Assembly (NCBI GenBank): GCA_900317305.1
Contig: ONGG01000004.1
Coordinates: 40,983-104,982 of the forward strand
Source: an uncultured Prevotellaceae bacterium
Lineage (GTDB): Bacteria > Bacteroidota > Bacteroidia > Bacteroidales > Bacteroidaceae
DNA length: 64,000 nt
Direction: 5' to 3'
Of this stretch, positions 19,895-30,753 are shown piece by piece. The position numbers and the translations under genes were made by a program. Each line of letters begins with the position of its first letter. Position 1 is the first letter of the stretch. The notes beneath the pieces were generated by a model. The model was not told the DNA's origin. It saw only the letters and a list, made by a program, of their open reading frames with translations, and did not search any database.

Positions 19895-19969
19895 TTCCCT
19901 ATTGATGATGCTAAAGTCACAGTATCGCCTTTTCTGGTCGTGAAATAACAATATGTACAATTGTCGGTG

Positions 19970-19977
19970 CGAAAGTA
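19970..19977 (-). promoter_or_regulatory. Near-consensus -7 box (TACTTTCG) for the pyrG-purF-carA-carB'-asnB run
   Basis: One mismatch to TAnnTTTG; 75 nt upstream of pyrG. Confidence 0.4.
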
Positions 19978-20153
19978 CTGCTTTTTGTAAGAATTGCTGG
20001 AATAATTGTGTCGTTTTGTTTCTTGAAAAACTAATGTTGTGATAATTTGTTGCTATTGATTGCGTTTTTGCTTACAAATTGATAATTGTCTGTGTGGTTT
20101 TTGTTCAATATGAAAGCAGGCTGAAATTCTATTGAATAAAATGTCACGATAAT

Positions 20154-20185
20154 TTTGATAAATCTAACATTTTGTTTTAACTTTG
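20154..20185 (+). promoter_or_regulatory. Full Bacteroidetes promoter TTTG-N20-TAACTTTG for gltB
   Basis: -33 at 20154-20157, -7 at 20178-20185, 41 nt before the gltB ATG. Confidence 0.7.
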
Positions 20186-20226
20186 CACTTGGTTTTGAAC
20201 ATTTTGAAAGAATTGATTAGGAAAAT

Positions 20227-23200
20227 ATGGCAGATTGTAAATCAGTAACATCCAAGAGTGGACTATATCAAAGTCAATATGAGCATGACGCTTGTGGCGT
20301 GGGAATGATCGTGAACATCCACGCTGGCAAAAGCCATCAGTTGGTCGACGACGCCTTGCGTGTGCTTGAGAACATGCGCCATCGGGGTGCCGAGGTGGGC
20401 AAGGATGGCGATGGTGCAGGCATCATGATCCAGATACCACACGAGTTCATCCTTTTGCAGGGTATTCCCGTTCCTGAGAAAGGTAAGTATGGCACCGGCT
20501 TGGTGTTCTTGCCCAAAGATGAGAAAAAACAAGCCGCTATCCTCTCTATCATGATCGAGGAGATAGAGCGTGAGGGATTGCAACTCATGCATCTGCGCAC
20601 TGTGCCCACCAACGCGGAGTGCCTGGGCGAGTCGGCCAGGGCAACCGAACCCGACATCAAGCAGGTGTTCATCACCGGGGTGAGCGACGACAGGGTGGAG
20701 TCGCTTCCACGAACATTATATATAATTAGGAAAAAGATAGAGAGGAGAGTCACCGATGCCGATTTCTACATCTGCTCGCTGAACAACCAGAACATCGTCT
20801 ATAAGGGCATGCTCTCGTCGGTGCAGGTGCGACAGTATTTCACCGACCTCACCAATCCATACCTCACCAGCGGACTGGCCCTGGTTCACTCACGATTCAG
20901 CACCAACACGTTCCCCACATGGAGTCTCGCACAGCCTTTCCGGTTGTTGTGTCACAATGGTGAGATCAACACCATCAGGGGAAACCGCGGGTGGATGAAG
21001 GCCCGCGAGAGCGTCCTCAGTTCGGAGGCCCTGGGCGATATCAGGAACATCTCGCCCATCGTCCAGGAGGGTATGTCCGACTCAGCCTCGTTGGACAACG
21101 TGCTCGAATTCCTTGTGATGTCGGGACTGTCACTCCCACATGCCATGTCGGTGCTCGTGCCCGAGTCGTTCAACGACAAGAACCCCATCAGCGAGGACCT
21201 CAAGGCTTTCTACGAGTATCACTCCATTCTCATGGAACCATGGGACGGACCGGCGGCGCTCCTGTTCTCGGATGGCAGGTTCGCGGGTGGAATGCTCGAC
21301 CGCAACGGACTGCGTCCAGCCCGTTACACCATCACCAAGAACGACACGATGATTGTGGCATCCGAGGTGGGCGTGATGGACTTCGACCCTACCGAGATTG
21401 CTGCCAAGGGACGGCTGCAGCCGGGGAAAATCCTACTGATCGACACGCAGGAGGGGAAAATCTATTACGATGGGGAAATCAAGAAGCAACTGGCAGGCGA
21501 GCATCCTTACCGGGAGTGGCTCTCCACCAACCGTATACAATTGGAGAAAATAAAGAGCGGTCGGCATGTGGAGAATGGCGTCGCCCACTTGTTTCAGAAA
21601 CAAATCCTGTTTGGCTATGGCGAGGAGGACATTTCCTCGACCATTATCCCGATGGCTATCAACGGACAGGAACCCACAGCCTCGATGGGTAACGACACAC
21701 CACTGGCGGTGCTGAGCGAGCGTCCGCAGACGTTCTTCAACTATTTCCGCCAGCAGTTCGCACAGGTCACCAACCCCGCCATCGACTCTATCCGCGAGGA
21801 ACTGGTCATGTCGCTCACGGAGTATATCGGACGAGTGGGAACGGGTATCCTCAATCCCGATGAGACGAACTGCAAGATGGTGAGGCTGCCCCATCCCATA
21901 CTCAACAATACCCAGCTCGACATTCTCTGCAACATCCGTTATAAAGGATTCAACACCATCAAACTACCCATCCTTTTTGATGGCAGGAGAGGAACGGAAG
22001 GACTGCGCGACGCACTCGACGCACTCTGCCATGAAGCGGAGAAATCGGTCGACGAGGGATACAACTACATCATTCTCACCGACCGTGATGTCGACGAGCA
22101 GCATGCCGCCATACCCAGTCTGCTGGCCGTTTCGGCAGTACACCATTACCTCATCTCGGTGGGCAAGCGCGTGCAGACGGCGCTCATCGTTGAGTCGGGC
22201 GAGATCAGGGAGACCATGCATGCTGCGCTGCTGCTGGGATATGGGGCCTCGGCGCTATGCCCATACATGACGTTTGCTATCCTCGACGATTTGGTGCGTC
22301 GCCATCAAATACAGGAAGACTATGCCACGGCAGAGAAAAACTATATCAAAGCCGTGAAGAAGGGCCTCTTCAAAATCATGGCCAAGATGGGCATATCGAC
22401 CATTCGCAGTTACCGGGGCGCAAAGATCTTCGAGAGCATCGGACTGAGCGAGAGCCTTTTGAGAACGTATTTCGGAACGGAGGTGAGCAGCATTGGTGGT
22501 ATCGGACTGGAGAAAATCGCTGCCGACGCCATCGCCATGCACCATAATGCCTATGCGATGGGTGTTGACGACACCGAGCCGACTTTCTTGCCCAATCAGG
22601 GACAGTTCCATTGGAGGCGCGACGGCATCAAGCATGCCTGGAACCCCGAGACAATAGCCACCCTGCAGTTGGCCACCCGTACCGGCAATTACCAGAAATA
22701 CAAGGAATATAGCCGTTTGGTCGACCAGAAGGAGGCCCCCATCTTCATCCGCGACTTCATGGGATGGAAGAGCAATCCAATCCCACTCGACGAGGTGGAA
22801 CCAGTGGCTGAGATTGTGAAGCATTTCGTGGCCGGCGCCATGTCGTTTGGCGCGTTGAGCAAGGAGGCCCATGAGGCCATTTGCCTGGCCATGAACAAAC
22901 TGGGCGGCCGAAGCAACACCGGTGAGGGAGGCGAGGATGCCCAGCGCTTCCATGCTGCCGTCGATGGCATCAGCCTCAACTCGAAGACGAAGCAGGTGGC
23001 CAGTGGACGCTTCGGCGTCACCACCGAATACTTGGTGAATGCGGAGGAAATACAAATCAAGGTGGCACAGGGTGCGAAACCTGGCGAGGGAGGACAACTC
23101 CCGGGCTTCAAGGTCGACGAGGTGATTGCAAAGACCCGCCACTCCATACCGGGCATCTCGCTCATCTCGCCGCCACCACACCACGACATCTACTCGATAG

Positions 23201-24750
23201 AAGACCTGGCGCAACTCATCTTCGACCTGAAGAATGTGAATCCGAAGGCGGCGGTCAGCGTGAAACTCGTGGCCGAGAGTGGTGTGGGCACCATCGCCGC
23301 CGGTGTGGCGAAGGCCAAGGCCGACCTCATCGTCATCAGTGGCGCTGAAGGAGGAACAGGGGCTAGTCCGGCGAGCAGTATGCGCTTCGCTGGCATCTCG
23401 CCAGAGATCGGACTGAGCGAGACCCAGCAGACACTGGTGCGAAACGGACTCCGCAGCCAGGTGCGCCTGCAGGTCGACGGACAACTGAAGACAGGCCGCG
23501 ACGTGGTGCTCATGGCTCTGCTGGGTGCCGAGGAGTTTGCCTTTGGCACGGCAGCACTCATCGTTCTGGGGTGCGTGATGATGCGCAAATGCAACCTCAA
23601 CACCTGTCCCATGGGAGTGGCCACGCAGAATCCCGAACTACGAAAGCATTTCATTGGGAGATATGAGTACCTGGTCAACTACTTCTCATTCATCGCTCAG
23701 GAGGTGCGTGAATACCTGGCCGAGATGGGCTTCAGGAGTCTTAACGACATCGTTGGACACACCGAACTGATTGATACCAAAAACACGGTGCTCGACTTGC
23801 ACCGACTCTTGTACAAAGAGGAGGGCATACTGCGTTTCAAGGGAGATGTGCGACAGCCCAATGTTCCTCTGGGAATGGACAATGTCGTCCTCGACAAGCA
23901 GATGCTCGACGCCGCTTCGAAAGTCTTCGCTGCCCAGGATGGGAAACAGTCGGGAAGCGAGGCTGTCACGGCACAAGTGAACCTTGATTACGCCATCAAG
24001 AATACCAACAGGGCAGTAGGTGCGATGCTCTCTGGCGCCATCGCCAAGAGATTCGGACTGGCCGGATTGCCCGACGATACCGTCAACGTGAAGTTCAAGG
24101 GCTCGGCCGGACAGTCGTTCGGTGCTTTCCTCGCCCATGGCGTGAGCTTCAAGCTCGAAGGCGAGACCAACGACTATTTCGCCAAGGGCTTGTGTGGCGG
24201 ACGAATTGCTATCCTGCCGCCAACAAGGGTCAACTTTGCCGCACAGGATAATATCATAGCAGGAAACACCGGACTCTATGGAGCCACCAGTGGCGAACTC
24301 TACGTCAATGGCAAGGTGGGAGAACGTTTCGGCGTGCGCAACTCTGGGGCCATCGCTGTCATCGAGGGTGCTGGAGACCACTGTTGCGAGTATATGACAG
24401 GTGGCAGGGTGGTCGTACTGGGTGAGACCGGCCGAAACTTCGCCGCAGGTATGTCGGGAGGCGTGGCCTATGTGTGGGACAAGAACCACACCTTCGACTA
24501 TTTCTGCAATATGGACATGGTGGAGATCAACCTGGTGGAAGACAGCGTCTCGCGTAAGGAACTCCACGAACTCATCCGCCAGCATTATCTCTTTACGGGT
24601 TCCAACCTCGCACGCACACTGCTCGACGAATGGCCACAGGTGGTCGACGACTTCATACAGGTGGTTCCCATCGAGTACAAGAGCGTGCTCCAGGAGGAGC
24701 AGATGAGGAAACTCCGACAGAAGATTGCCGACATGCAACGCGATTACTAG
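20227..24750 (+). CDS. gltB: Glutamate synthase large subunit
   Basis: EHDA|CGVG Ntn start, HSRFSTNT, IKVAQGAKPGEGGQLPG, PPPHHDIYSIEDL, CVMMRKCNLNTCP (3Fe-4S), EGAGDHCCEYMTGG. Confidence 0.98.
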   Translation: MADCKSVTSKSGLYQSQYEHDACGVGMIVNIHAGKSHQLVDDALRVLENMRHRGAEVGKDGDGAGIMIQIPHEFILLQGIPVPEKGKYGTGLVFLPKDEKKQAAILSIMIEEIEREGLQLMHLRTVPTNAECLGESARATEPDIKQVFITGVSDDRVESLPRTLYIIRKKIERRVTDADFYICSLNNQNIVYKGMLSSVQVRQYFTDLTNPYLTSGLALVHSRFSTNTFPTWSLAQPFRLLCHNGEINTIRGNRGWMKARESVLSSEALGDIRNISPIVQEGMSDSASLDNVLEFLVMSGLSLPHAMSVLVPESFNDKNPISEDLKAFYEYHSILMEPWDGPAALLFSDGRFAGGMLDRNGLRPARYTITKNDTMIVASEVGVMDFDPTEIAAKGRLQPGKILLIDTQEGKIYYDGEIKKQLAGEHPYREWLSTNRIQLEKIKSGRHVENGVAHLFQKQILFGYGEEDISSTIIPMAINGQEPTASMGNDTPLAVLSERPQTFFNYFRQQFAQVTNPAIDSIREELVMSLTEYIGRVGTGILNPDETNCKMVRLPHPILNNTQLDILCNIRYKGFNTIKLPILFDGRRGTEGLRDALDALCHEAEKSVDEGYNYIILTDRDVDEQHAAIPSLLAVSAVHHYLISVGKRVQTALIVESGEIRETMHAALLLGYGASALCPYMTFAILDDLVRRHQIQEDYATAEKNYIKAVKKGLFKIMAKMGISTIRSYRGAKIFESIGLSESLLRTYFGTEVSSIGGIGLEKIAADAIAMHHNAYAMGVDDTEPTFLPNQGQFHWRRDGIKHAWNPETIATLQLATRTGNYQKYKEYSRLVDQKEAPIFIRDFMGWKSNPIPLDEVEPVAEIVKHFVAGAMSFGALSKEAHEAICLAMNKLGGRSNTGEGGEDAQRFHAAVDGISLNSKTKQVASGRFGVTTEYLVNAEEIQIKVAQGAKPGEGGQLPGFKVDEVIAKTRHSIPGISLISPPPHHDIYSIEDLAQLIFDLKNVNPKAAVSVKLVAESGVGTIAAGVAKAKADLIVISGAEGGTGASPASSMRFAGISPEIGLSETQQTLVRNGLRSQVRLQVDGQLKTGRDVVLMALLGAEEFAFGTAALIVLGCVMMRKCNLNTCPMGVATQNPELRKHFIGRYEYLVNYFSFIAQEVREYLAEMGFRSLNDIVGHTELIDTKNTVLDLHRLLYKEEGILRFKGDVRQPNVPLGMDNVVLDKQMLDAASKVFAAQDGKQSGSEAVTAQVNLDYAIKNTNRAVGAMLSGAIAKRFGLAGLPDDTVNVKFKGSAGQSFGAFLAHGVSFKLEGETNDYFAKGLCGGRIAILPPTRVNFAAQDNIIAGNTGLYGATSGELYVNGKVGERFGVRNSGAIAVIEGAGDHCCEYMTGGRVVVLGETGRNFAAGMSGGVAYVWDKNHTFDYFCNMDMVEINLVEDSVSRKELHELIRQHYLFTGSNLARTLLDEWPQVVDDFIQVVPIEYKSVLQEEQMRKLRQKIADMQRDY

Positions 24751-24798
24751 AACCCATCGACGACGAACAACAAACCACGAAAAGAGGAGATTAGACAT

Positions 24799-26154
24799 AT
24801 GGGAAACCCAAAAGCATTTTTAGAGATTCACCGCCAGGAGGCGGGCTACAGGCCTTTGCACGACCGAATCCATGACTTTGGCGAGGTGGAGCAGACACTC
24901 AATACCCGTGAGCGGAAACTGCAAGCCAGCAGGTGTATGGACTGCGGTGTGCCTTTCTGCCATTGGGCTTGTCCGTTGGGCAACAAACCGCCGGAGTGGA
25001 ACGACGCACTCTACAGAGGAGAGTGGGAACGGGCCTACCACCTGTTGAGTGCCACCAATCCGTTTCCTGAGTTCACCGGCCGTGTGTGCCCGGCGCTGTG
25101 CGAGAAAGCGTGTGTGCTCAATCTCGTCACCCATGAGCCTACCACCAACCGCGAAGACGAGGCGGCCATCACCGAGGCGGCTTTCCGCGAGGGGTATGTC
25201 AAGGTGCGCCACCCCAGGCGCAATGGCATGAAGGTGGCTGTGATCGGGGCAGGGCCGGCAGGACTGGCCGCCGCTCACGACCTCAACCTGAAAGGATATG
25301 CCGTGACGGTCTTCGAGAAGGAGGAGGCGGCAGGCGGACTGCTCCGGTGGGGAATACCCAACTTCAAGTTGAACAAGGCCATCATCGACCGCCGACTGAG
25401 GTTGTTGGAGCAGGAGGGTGTCTCGTTCCATTATGGCACGATGGTGACATGGAATGAAGGCAAGCCTGTGCTCGACGAGGTGTTTGATGCCTATGTCATC
25501 GCCACGGGCACTCCCACGGCACGCGACCTCCGTGTTCCCGGACGCGAACTGCGTGGTGTGCACTTCGCCTTGGAGTACCTCGCTCAGCAGAATCGTGTGC
25601 TTGCTGGCGTAGAGTTCACGAAAGAGGAGCGAATCACTGCCCGTGGAAAGGATGTGCTGGTCATCGGTGGTGGCGATACCGGAAGCGACTGCATCGGAAC
25701 GGCTCACCGACAGGGATGCAAAAGCGTCACGCAGATCGAGATCATGCCCAAGCCAGTGGAGGGACCTGTCGACCCCAAGAACCCATGGCCCAACTTCCCC
25801 CGTACGCTGAAGACTTCGTCGAGCCATGAGGAAGGATGTGTGAGAAGATGGAACATCAACACCCTCGAGTTCATCGGAAAAGATGGCAGACTCACACATG
25901 TCAGAATACAGGAGATAGACTGGGAACCCAACCCTGAGGGGGGAAGGCCCATCATGGTGGAGAAAGGCAAGCCCGAACTCATCAAGGCCGAACTCGTGTT
26001 GCTCGCCATGGGATTCCTCAAACCCGAACATCCACAATATGCACCTAACGTATTTGTTTGTGGCGATGCAGCCAACGGAGCCTCGCTCGTGGTCAGGGCG
26101 ATGGCCAGTGGCAAGCAGACTGCCGAGAAAGTGAACCAATTCCTTGCAAAATGA
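24799..26154 (+). CDS. gltD: Glutamate synthase small subunit
   Basis: [42 protein letters not shown]. Confidence 0.96.
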   Translation: MGNPKAFLEIHRQEAGYRPLHDRIHDFGEVEQTLNTRERKLQASRCMDCGVPFCHWACPLGNKPPEWNDALYRGEWERAYHLLSATNPFPEFTGRVCPALCEKACVLNLVTHEPTTNREDEAAITEAAFREGYVKVRHPRRNGMKVAVIGAGPAGLAAAHDLNLKGYAVTVFEKEEAAGGLLRWGIPNFKLNKAIIDRRLRLLEQEGVSFHYGTMVTWNEGKPVLDEVFDAYVIATGTPTARDLRVPGRELRGVHFALEYLAQQNRVLAGVEFTKEERITARGKDVLVIGGGDTGSDCIGTAHRQGCKSVTQIEIMPKPVEGPVDPKNPWPNFPRTLKTSSSHEEGCVRRWNINTLEFIGKDGRLTHVRIQEIDWEPNPEGGRPIMVEKGKPELIKAELVLLAMGFLKPEHPQYAPNVFVCGDAANGASLVVRAMASGKQTAEKVNQFLAK

Positions 26155-26960
26155 CAACAATTCCTTTCACCAAGATGCACGGGGCCGGAAACGACTATAT
26201 CTATGTCGACCAGTCGGTCTGCCATATCGGCAATCCCTCGGAGGCTGCCGTCTGCTGGAGCGACAGGCATAAGGGTATAGGCTCCGACGGACTGGTTCTC
26301 ATCGACAGGTCGCCAGTGCCCGAGGCCGACTTCTCGATGCGTATCTTCAATGCCGATGGCAGCGAGGCCATGATGTGTGGCAATGCATCAAGGTGCATAG
26401 GGAAATACTTGTATGAGCGCAAACTCACCGACAAGACCGAAATCAGGCTGCTCACCCTCTCGGGAGTGAAAACCCTATGGCTGAATGTCGTTGAGGGCAG
26501 GGTGGGGAGCGTGGCGGTGGATATGCTCGAGCCCGAGTTTGCCGATGCCTCCTTGTTCAATCCTGGGGCCGATCCTGGAGTGGGCGTCTTCGTCTCGATG
26601 GGAAATCCTCACTATGTCATCTTCACCGACGATGTGGACAGGGTGGACGAGATGGGTAGGATGCTTGAGAACCATGCCGCATTCCCGCAACGGTGCAATA
26701 TCGAATTGGCCCAGGTACTCGACGATGCCACCCTGCGTACCCGGGTATGGGAAAGAGGTAGTGGCATCACGATGGCTTGTGGCACGGGGGCATGTGCCAC
26801 AGCCGTGGCGGCCGCCCTCACTCACCGCACAGGCAGAAAGTCAACAATCGTGATGGATGGAGGCGAGTTGGACATCGAGTGGAGGGCCGACAACCATGTC
26901 GTCATGACTGGTCCGGCCGAATTCGTCTTCGATGGAGAAATCTTTCTGCCAACGACGTGA
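26151..26960 (+). CDS. dapF: Diaminopimelate epimerase
   Basis: [49 protein letters not shown]; ATGA overlap with the gltD stop. Confidence 0.96.
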   Translation: MTTIPFTKMHGAGNDYIYVDQSVCHIGNPSEAAVCWSDRHKGIGSDGLVLIDRSPVPEADFSMRIFNADGSEAMMCGNASRCIGKYLYERKLTDKTEIRLLTLSGVKTLWLNVVEGRVGSVAVDMLEPEFADASLFNPGADPGVGVFVSMGNPHYVIFTDDVDRVDEMGRMLENHAAFPQRCNIELAQVLDDATLRTRVWERGSGITMACGTGACATAVAAALTHRTGRKSTIVMDGGELDIEWRADNHVVMTGPAEFVFDGEIFLPTT

Positions 26961-27025
26961 CCTCAGAAAGTGAGAATAGGGTCTGCACACCCTGAATCAA
27001 GAAGAAACTTGAAAACAAAAGAAAT

Positions 27026-28261
27026 ATGGCTTTAGTAAATGAGCATTTTTTGAAACTGCCAAACAACTACTTGTTTGCGGATATCGCTAAGAAAGTGAAC
27101 GCTTTCAAGGTGACGCATCCCAAGACCGACGTCATCTCGCTGGGGATAGGCGATGTCACCCAACCGCTCTGCCCAGCCGTTGTCGAGGCCATGCACAAGG
27201 CGGTGGACGAGATGGGAAGAACGGCGTCGTTCCGTGGCTATGGACCCGAACAGGGCTACGACTTCCTGCGCGAGGCCATCCTGAAAAACGACTTCCTGCC
27301 AAGGGGTATCCATCTCGACATCGACGAGATATTCATCAACGACGGGGCAAAGTCGGATACGGGAAACATCCAGGAACTCATCCGGTGGGACAACTCCATC
27401 GGCGTCACCGACCCCATCTATCCCGTCTATATCGACTCCAATGTGATGATCGGAAGGGCTGGGGTCAGAGGCGACGACGGACGGTGGTCGAACGTGGTTT
27501 ATCTGCCCTGTACGGCAGAGAATGGCTTCGTGCCGCAGATTCCCGACGACCGACATGTCGATGTCATCTATCTCTGCTACCCGAACAACCCCACCGGAAC
27601 GGTCATCTCGAAGAAGGAACTGAGAAAATGGGTGAACTATGCGCTGAAGAACGATACGCTCATCTTCTACGACGCAGCCTACCAGGCATATATCACCGAT
27701 CCCGACATACCGCACAGCATCTATGAGATAAGGGGGGCACGCAAATGCGCCATCGAATTCCACTCCTACTCGAAGACGGCAGGGTTCACAGGGGTGAGAT
27801 GTGGCTATACCATCGTTCCCAAAGAACTTACGGCCGCTACCCTTGAGGGGCGGAATATCCCCCTCAACCCGCTTTGGAACCGCAGGCAATGCACCAAGTT
27901 CAATGGAACAAGCTATATCTCTCAAAGGGCTGCCGAGGCCATCTATACACCTGAGGGCAAGCAGCAGGTAAGGCAGACCATCCGCTATTATATGCAGAAC
28001 GCGCACAAGATGCTCGAAAGCCTGAGACGACTCGGCTACGAGGTATACGGAGGCGAGAACGCACCCTATATCTGGATGCGTGTGCCGGCAGGCACGGGGT
28101 CGTGGCAGTTCTTCGAACAACTGCTCTATGGGGCAGGCGTGGTATGCACGCCAGGAGTGGGCTTCGGTCCGTCGGGCGAGGGCTATGTGCGGTTCACGGC
28201 TTTCGGAAGCCATGAGGCTACCGATGAGGCTTTGCAAAGAATTGAGAATTGGACAAAATAG
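27026..28261 (+). CDS. dapL: LL-diaminopimelate aminotransferase
   Basis: [43 protein letters not shown] (PLP Lys), TPGVGFG. Confidence 0.95.
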   Translation: MALVNEHFLKLPNNYLFADIAKKVNAFKVTHPKTDVISLGIGDVTQPLCPAVVEAMHKAVDEMGRTASFRGYGPEQGYDFLREAILKNDFLPRGIHLDIDEIFINDGAKSDTGNIQELIRWDNSIGVTDPIYPVYIDSNVMIGRAGVRGDDGRWSNVVYLPCTAENGFVPQIPDDRHVDVIYLCYPNNPTGTVISKKELRKWVNYALKNDTLIFYDAAYQAYITDPDIPHSIYEIRGARKCAIEFHSYSKTAGFTGVRCGYTIVPKELTAATLEGRNIPLNPLWNRRQCTKFNGTSYISQRAAEAIYTPEGKQQVRQTIRYYMQNAHKMLESLRRLGYEVYGGENAPYIWMRVPAGTGSWQFFEQLLYGAGVVCTPGVGFGPSGEGYVRFTAFGSHEATDEALQRIENWTK

Positions 28262-28289
28262 GTAATAATCATCAAAAAAAAGATCAATT

Positions 28290-30506
28290 ATGGAGGCATT
28301 AAGATTTCAGGTTGTCGGCGAGGCTTTCAAGAAAAAGCCCCTCGACGTGATAACACCCAGTGAGCGACCAGCCAAGTATTTCGGCAAGAAGGTCTTCAAC
28401 CGCGAGAAAATGTACAAGTACCTGCCCAAGGAGGTCTATGAGCAGATGGTTGATGTGATGGACAATGGGGCCCGGCTCGAACGCAACGTGGCCGATGCCG
28501 TGGCCGAGGGCATGAGGCAGTGGGCCATCGAGAATGGCGTCACCCATTACACCCACTGGTTCCAGCCACTCACCGAGGGTACGGCCGAGAAGCACGACTC
28601 GTTCATAGAGCACGACGGAAAGGGTGGCATGGTGGAGGAGTTCACCGGCAAGTTGCTCGTGCAGCAGGAACCCGACGCATCGTCGTTCCCCTCGGGTGGC
28701 ATACGCTCCACCTTCGAGGCAAGAGGATACTCGGCATGGGACCCCACCTCGCCCGTCTTCATCATCGACGACACGTTGTGTATTCCCACCGTGTTCATCA
28801 GTTACAGCGGCGAGGCCCTCGACTACAAGGCACCTCTGCTTAGAGCACTTCACGCAGTGAGTGTGGCGGCTACGGAGGTATGCCACTATTTCGACCCGTC
28901 GGTCAAGAAGGTAACCTCTAACCTGGGGTGGGAACAGGAGTATTTCCTCGTCGACGAGGGACTCTATGCCGCAAGGCCCGACCTGCTGCTCACCGGACGT
29001 ACGCTCATGGGGCACGACTCGGCCAAAAACCAGCAGATGGACGACCATTACTTCGGAAGCATTCCCGAACGGGTGGCAGCGTTCATGCGCGAACTGGAGA
29101 TCGAGGCACTCCAATTGGGCATTCCCTGCAAGACAAGACACAACGAGGTGGCGCCCAACCAGTTTGAACTCGCACCTGTCTTCGAGGATACCAATCTCGC
29201 TGTCGACCATAACATGTTGCTTATGTCGGTCATGAAACGTGTGGCTCGCAAACATGGTTTCCGCGTGTTGCTTCATGAGAAACCATTCGCAGGAATCAAC
29301 GGAAGCGGAAAGCACAACAACTGGAGCTTGTCCACCGACAATGGGGTGCTCCTCCATGCTCCCGGGAAAACTGCCGAGCAGAACCTGCGGTTCGCCACCT
29401 TCATCGTAGAGACCCTCATGGGTGTCTACAAGCACAACGGACTGCTGAAAGCCAGCATCATGTCGGCCACCAACGCTCACCGACTGGGAGCCAACGAGGC
29501 GCCTCCAGCCATCATCTCGTCGTTCCTCGGAAAACAGCTCACCGAACTGCTCGACCATATCGAGATGGCCGACAGGGAAAACCTCTTGGTAATGGACGGC
29601 AAACAGGGTATGAAGATGGATATCCCCGAGATTCCCGAACTGCTCATCGACAACACCGACCGCAACCGTACGTCGCCCTTCGCCTTCACCGGAAACCGCT
29701 TCGAGTTCCGTGCCGTGGGCAGCGAGGCCAACTGTGCCTCGGCGATGATTGCCCTCAACAGTGCCGTGGCCGAGGCCCTCGTGTCGTTCAAGAAAAGAGT
29801 GGATGCCCGTATCCCCGAATTCGCCAAAAAACTGGAGGGAACAGGACACAATGCCACATTCCATGCCATCATCGACGTGCTGCGCGACGATATCAAGACC
29901 TGCAAGCCCATCCGCTTCGATGGCAACGGGTATAGCGACGAATGGGTGATAGAGGCCGAAAGGCGTGGTCTCGACGTCGAGAAGTCTTGTCCGAAGATCT
30001 TCGACCGGTATCTCGATGAGGAGAGCATACAGATGTTTGAGCAACTGGGCGTGATGACCCGGAAGGAACTCGCTGCGCGAAACGAGGTGAAGTGGGAGAC
30101 CTACACCAAGAAAATACAAATCGAGGCGCGTGTGCTTGGCGACCTCTCCATGAACCACATCATCCCGGTGGCCACCCGATATCAGTCGCAGCTCCTCGTC
30201 AATGTGCAGAATATGGCGGCCATCTTCTCGCCCGAGAAGACCAAGCAACTCTCCGCGCGCAACATCAAACTGATTGAGGAGATCGCTGAGCGCACCTCCA
30301 CCATCGAGCGACAGGTAGAGGAATTGGTCAACGCAAGGAGAATGGCAAACAAAATAGAGAGTGAACGCGAGAAAGCTATTGCTTACCACGACTCCGTGGA
30401 GCCCAAGCTCGACGATATACGATACCAGATTGATAAGCTGGAACTGATCGTCGACGATAGTTGCTGGCCTCTGCCAAAATATCGAGAACTGCTGTTTATA
30501 AGGTAA
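28290..30506 (+). CDS. glnN: Glutamine synthetase type III
   Basis: HWFQPLT, FEARGYSAWD, HNEVAPNQFE, EKPFAGINGSGKHNNWS, DRNRTSPFAFTGNRFEFRAVGS; 738 aa. Confidence 0.96.
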   Translation: MEALRFQVVGEAFKKKPLDVITPSERPAKYFGKKVFNREKMYKYLPKEVYEQMVDVMDNGARLERNVADAVAEGMRQWAIENGVTHYTHWFQPLTEGTAEKHDSFIEHDGKGGMVEEFTGKLLVQQEPDASSFPSGGIRSTFEARGYSAWDPTSPVFIIDDTLCIPTVFISYSGEALDYKAPLLRALHAVSVAATEVCHYFDPSVKKVTSNLGWEQEYFLVDEGLYAARPDLLLTGRTLMGHDSAKNQQMDDHYFGSIPERVAAFMRELEIEALQLGIPCKTRHNEVAPNQFELAPVFEDTNLAVDHNMLLMSVMKRVARKHGFRVLLHEKPFAGINGSGKHNNWSLSTDNGVLLHAPGKTAEQNLRFATFIVETLMGVYKHNGLLKASIMSATNAHRLGANEAPPAIISSFLGKQLTELLDHIEMADRENLLVMDGKQGMKMDIPEIPELLIDNTDRNRTSPFAFTGNRFEFRAVGSEANCASAMIALNSAVAEALVSFKKRVDARIPEFAKKLEGTGHNATFHAIIDVLRDDIKTCKPIRFDGNGYSDEWVIEAERRGLDVEKSCPKIFDRYLDEESIQMFEQLGVMTRKELAARNEVKWETYTKKIQIEARVLGDLSMNHIIPVATRYQSQLLVNVQNMAAIFSPEKTKQLSARNIKLIEEIAERTSTIERQVEELVNARRMANKIESEREKAIAYHDSVEPKLDDIRYQIDKLELIVDDSCWPLPKYRELLFIR

Positions 30507-30540
30507 TACTTAGCCTATTTTCCTATTTTTCGATGTAAGG

Positions 30541-30573
30541 TGGTGCCCGTCGCTGTGATAGCGGTGGGCATCA
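30541..30573 (+). terminator. Stem-loop after GS-III
   Basis: tggtgcccgtcgct / agcggtgggcatca with G-U pairs. Confidence 0.55.
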
Positions 30574-30753
30574 TTGGTTAAAACCGTATGGTTATGCAGC
30601 CTTCACTCATTTTTTGTATGACTCCCGCTGTTCTATCTAAAAAAAACTAAAAAACTTGTCCACTTCATTTAAATTACCGACATTTGCACGCTGAAAACGG
30701 AGAATCATGTTTCATCCGGATTTTTGTAACTCAAATCAGTTCTATACAGCAGG

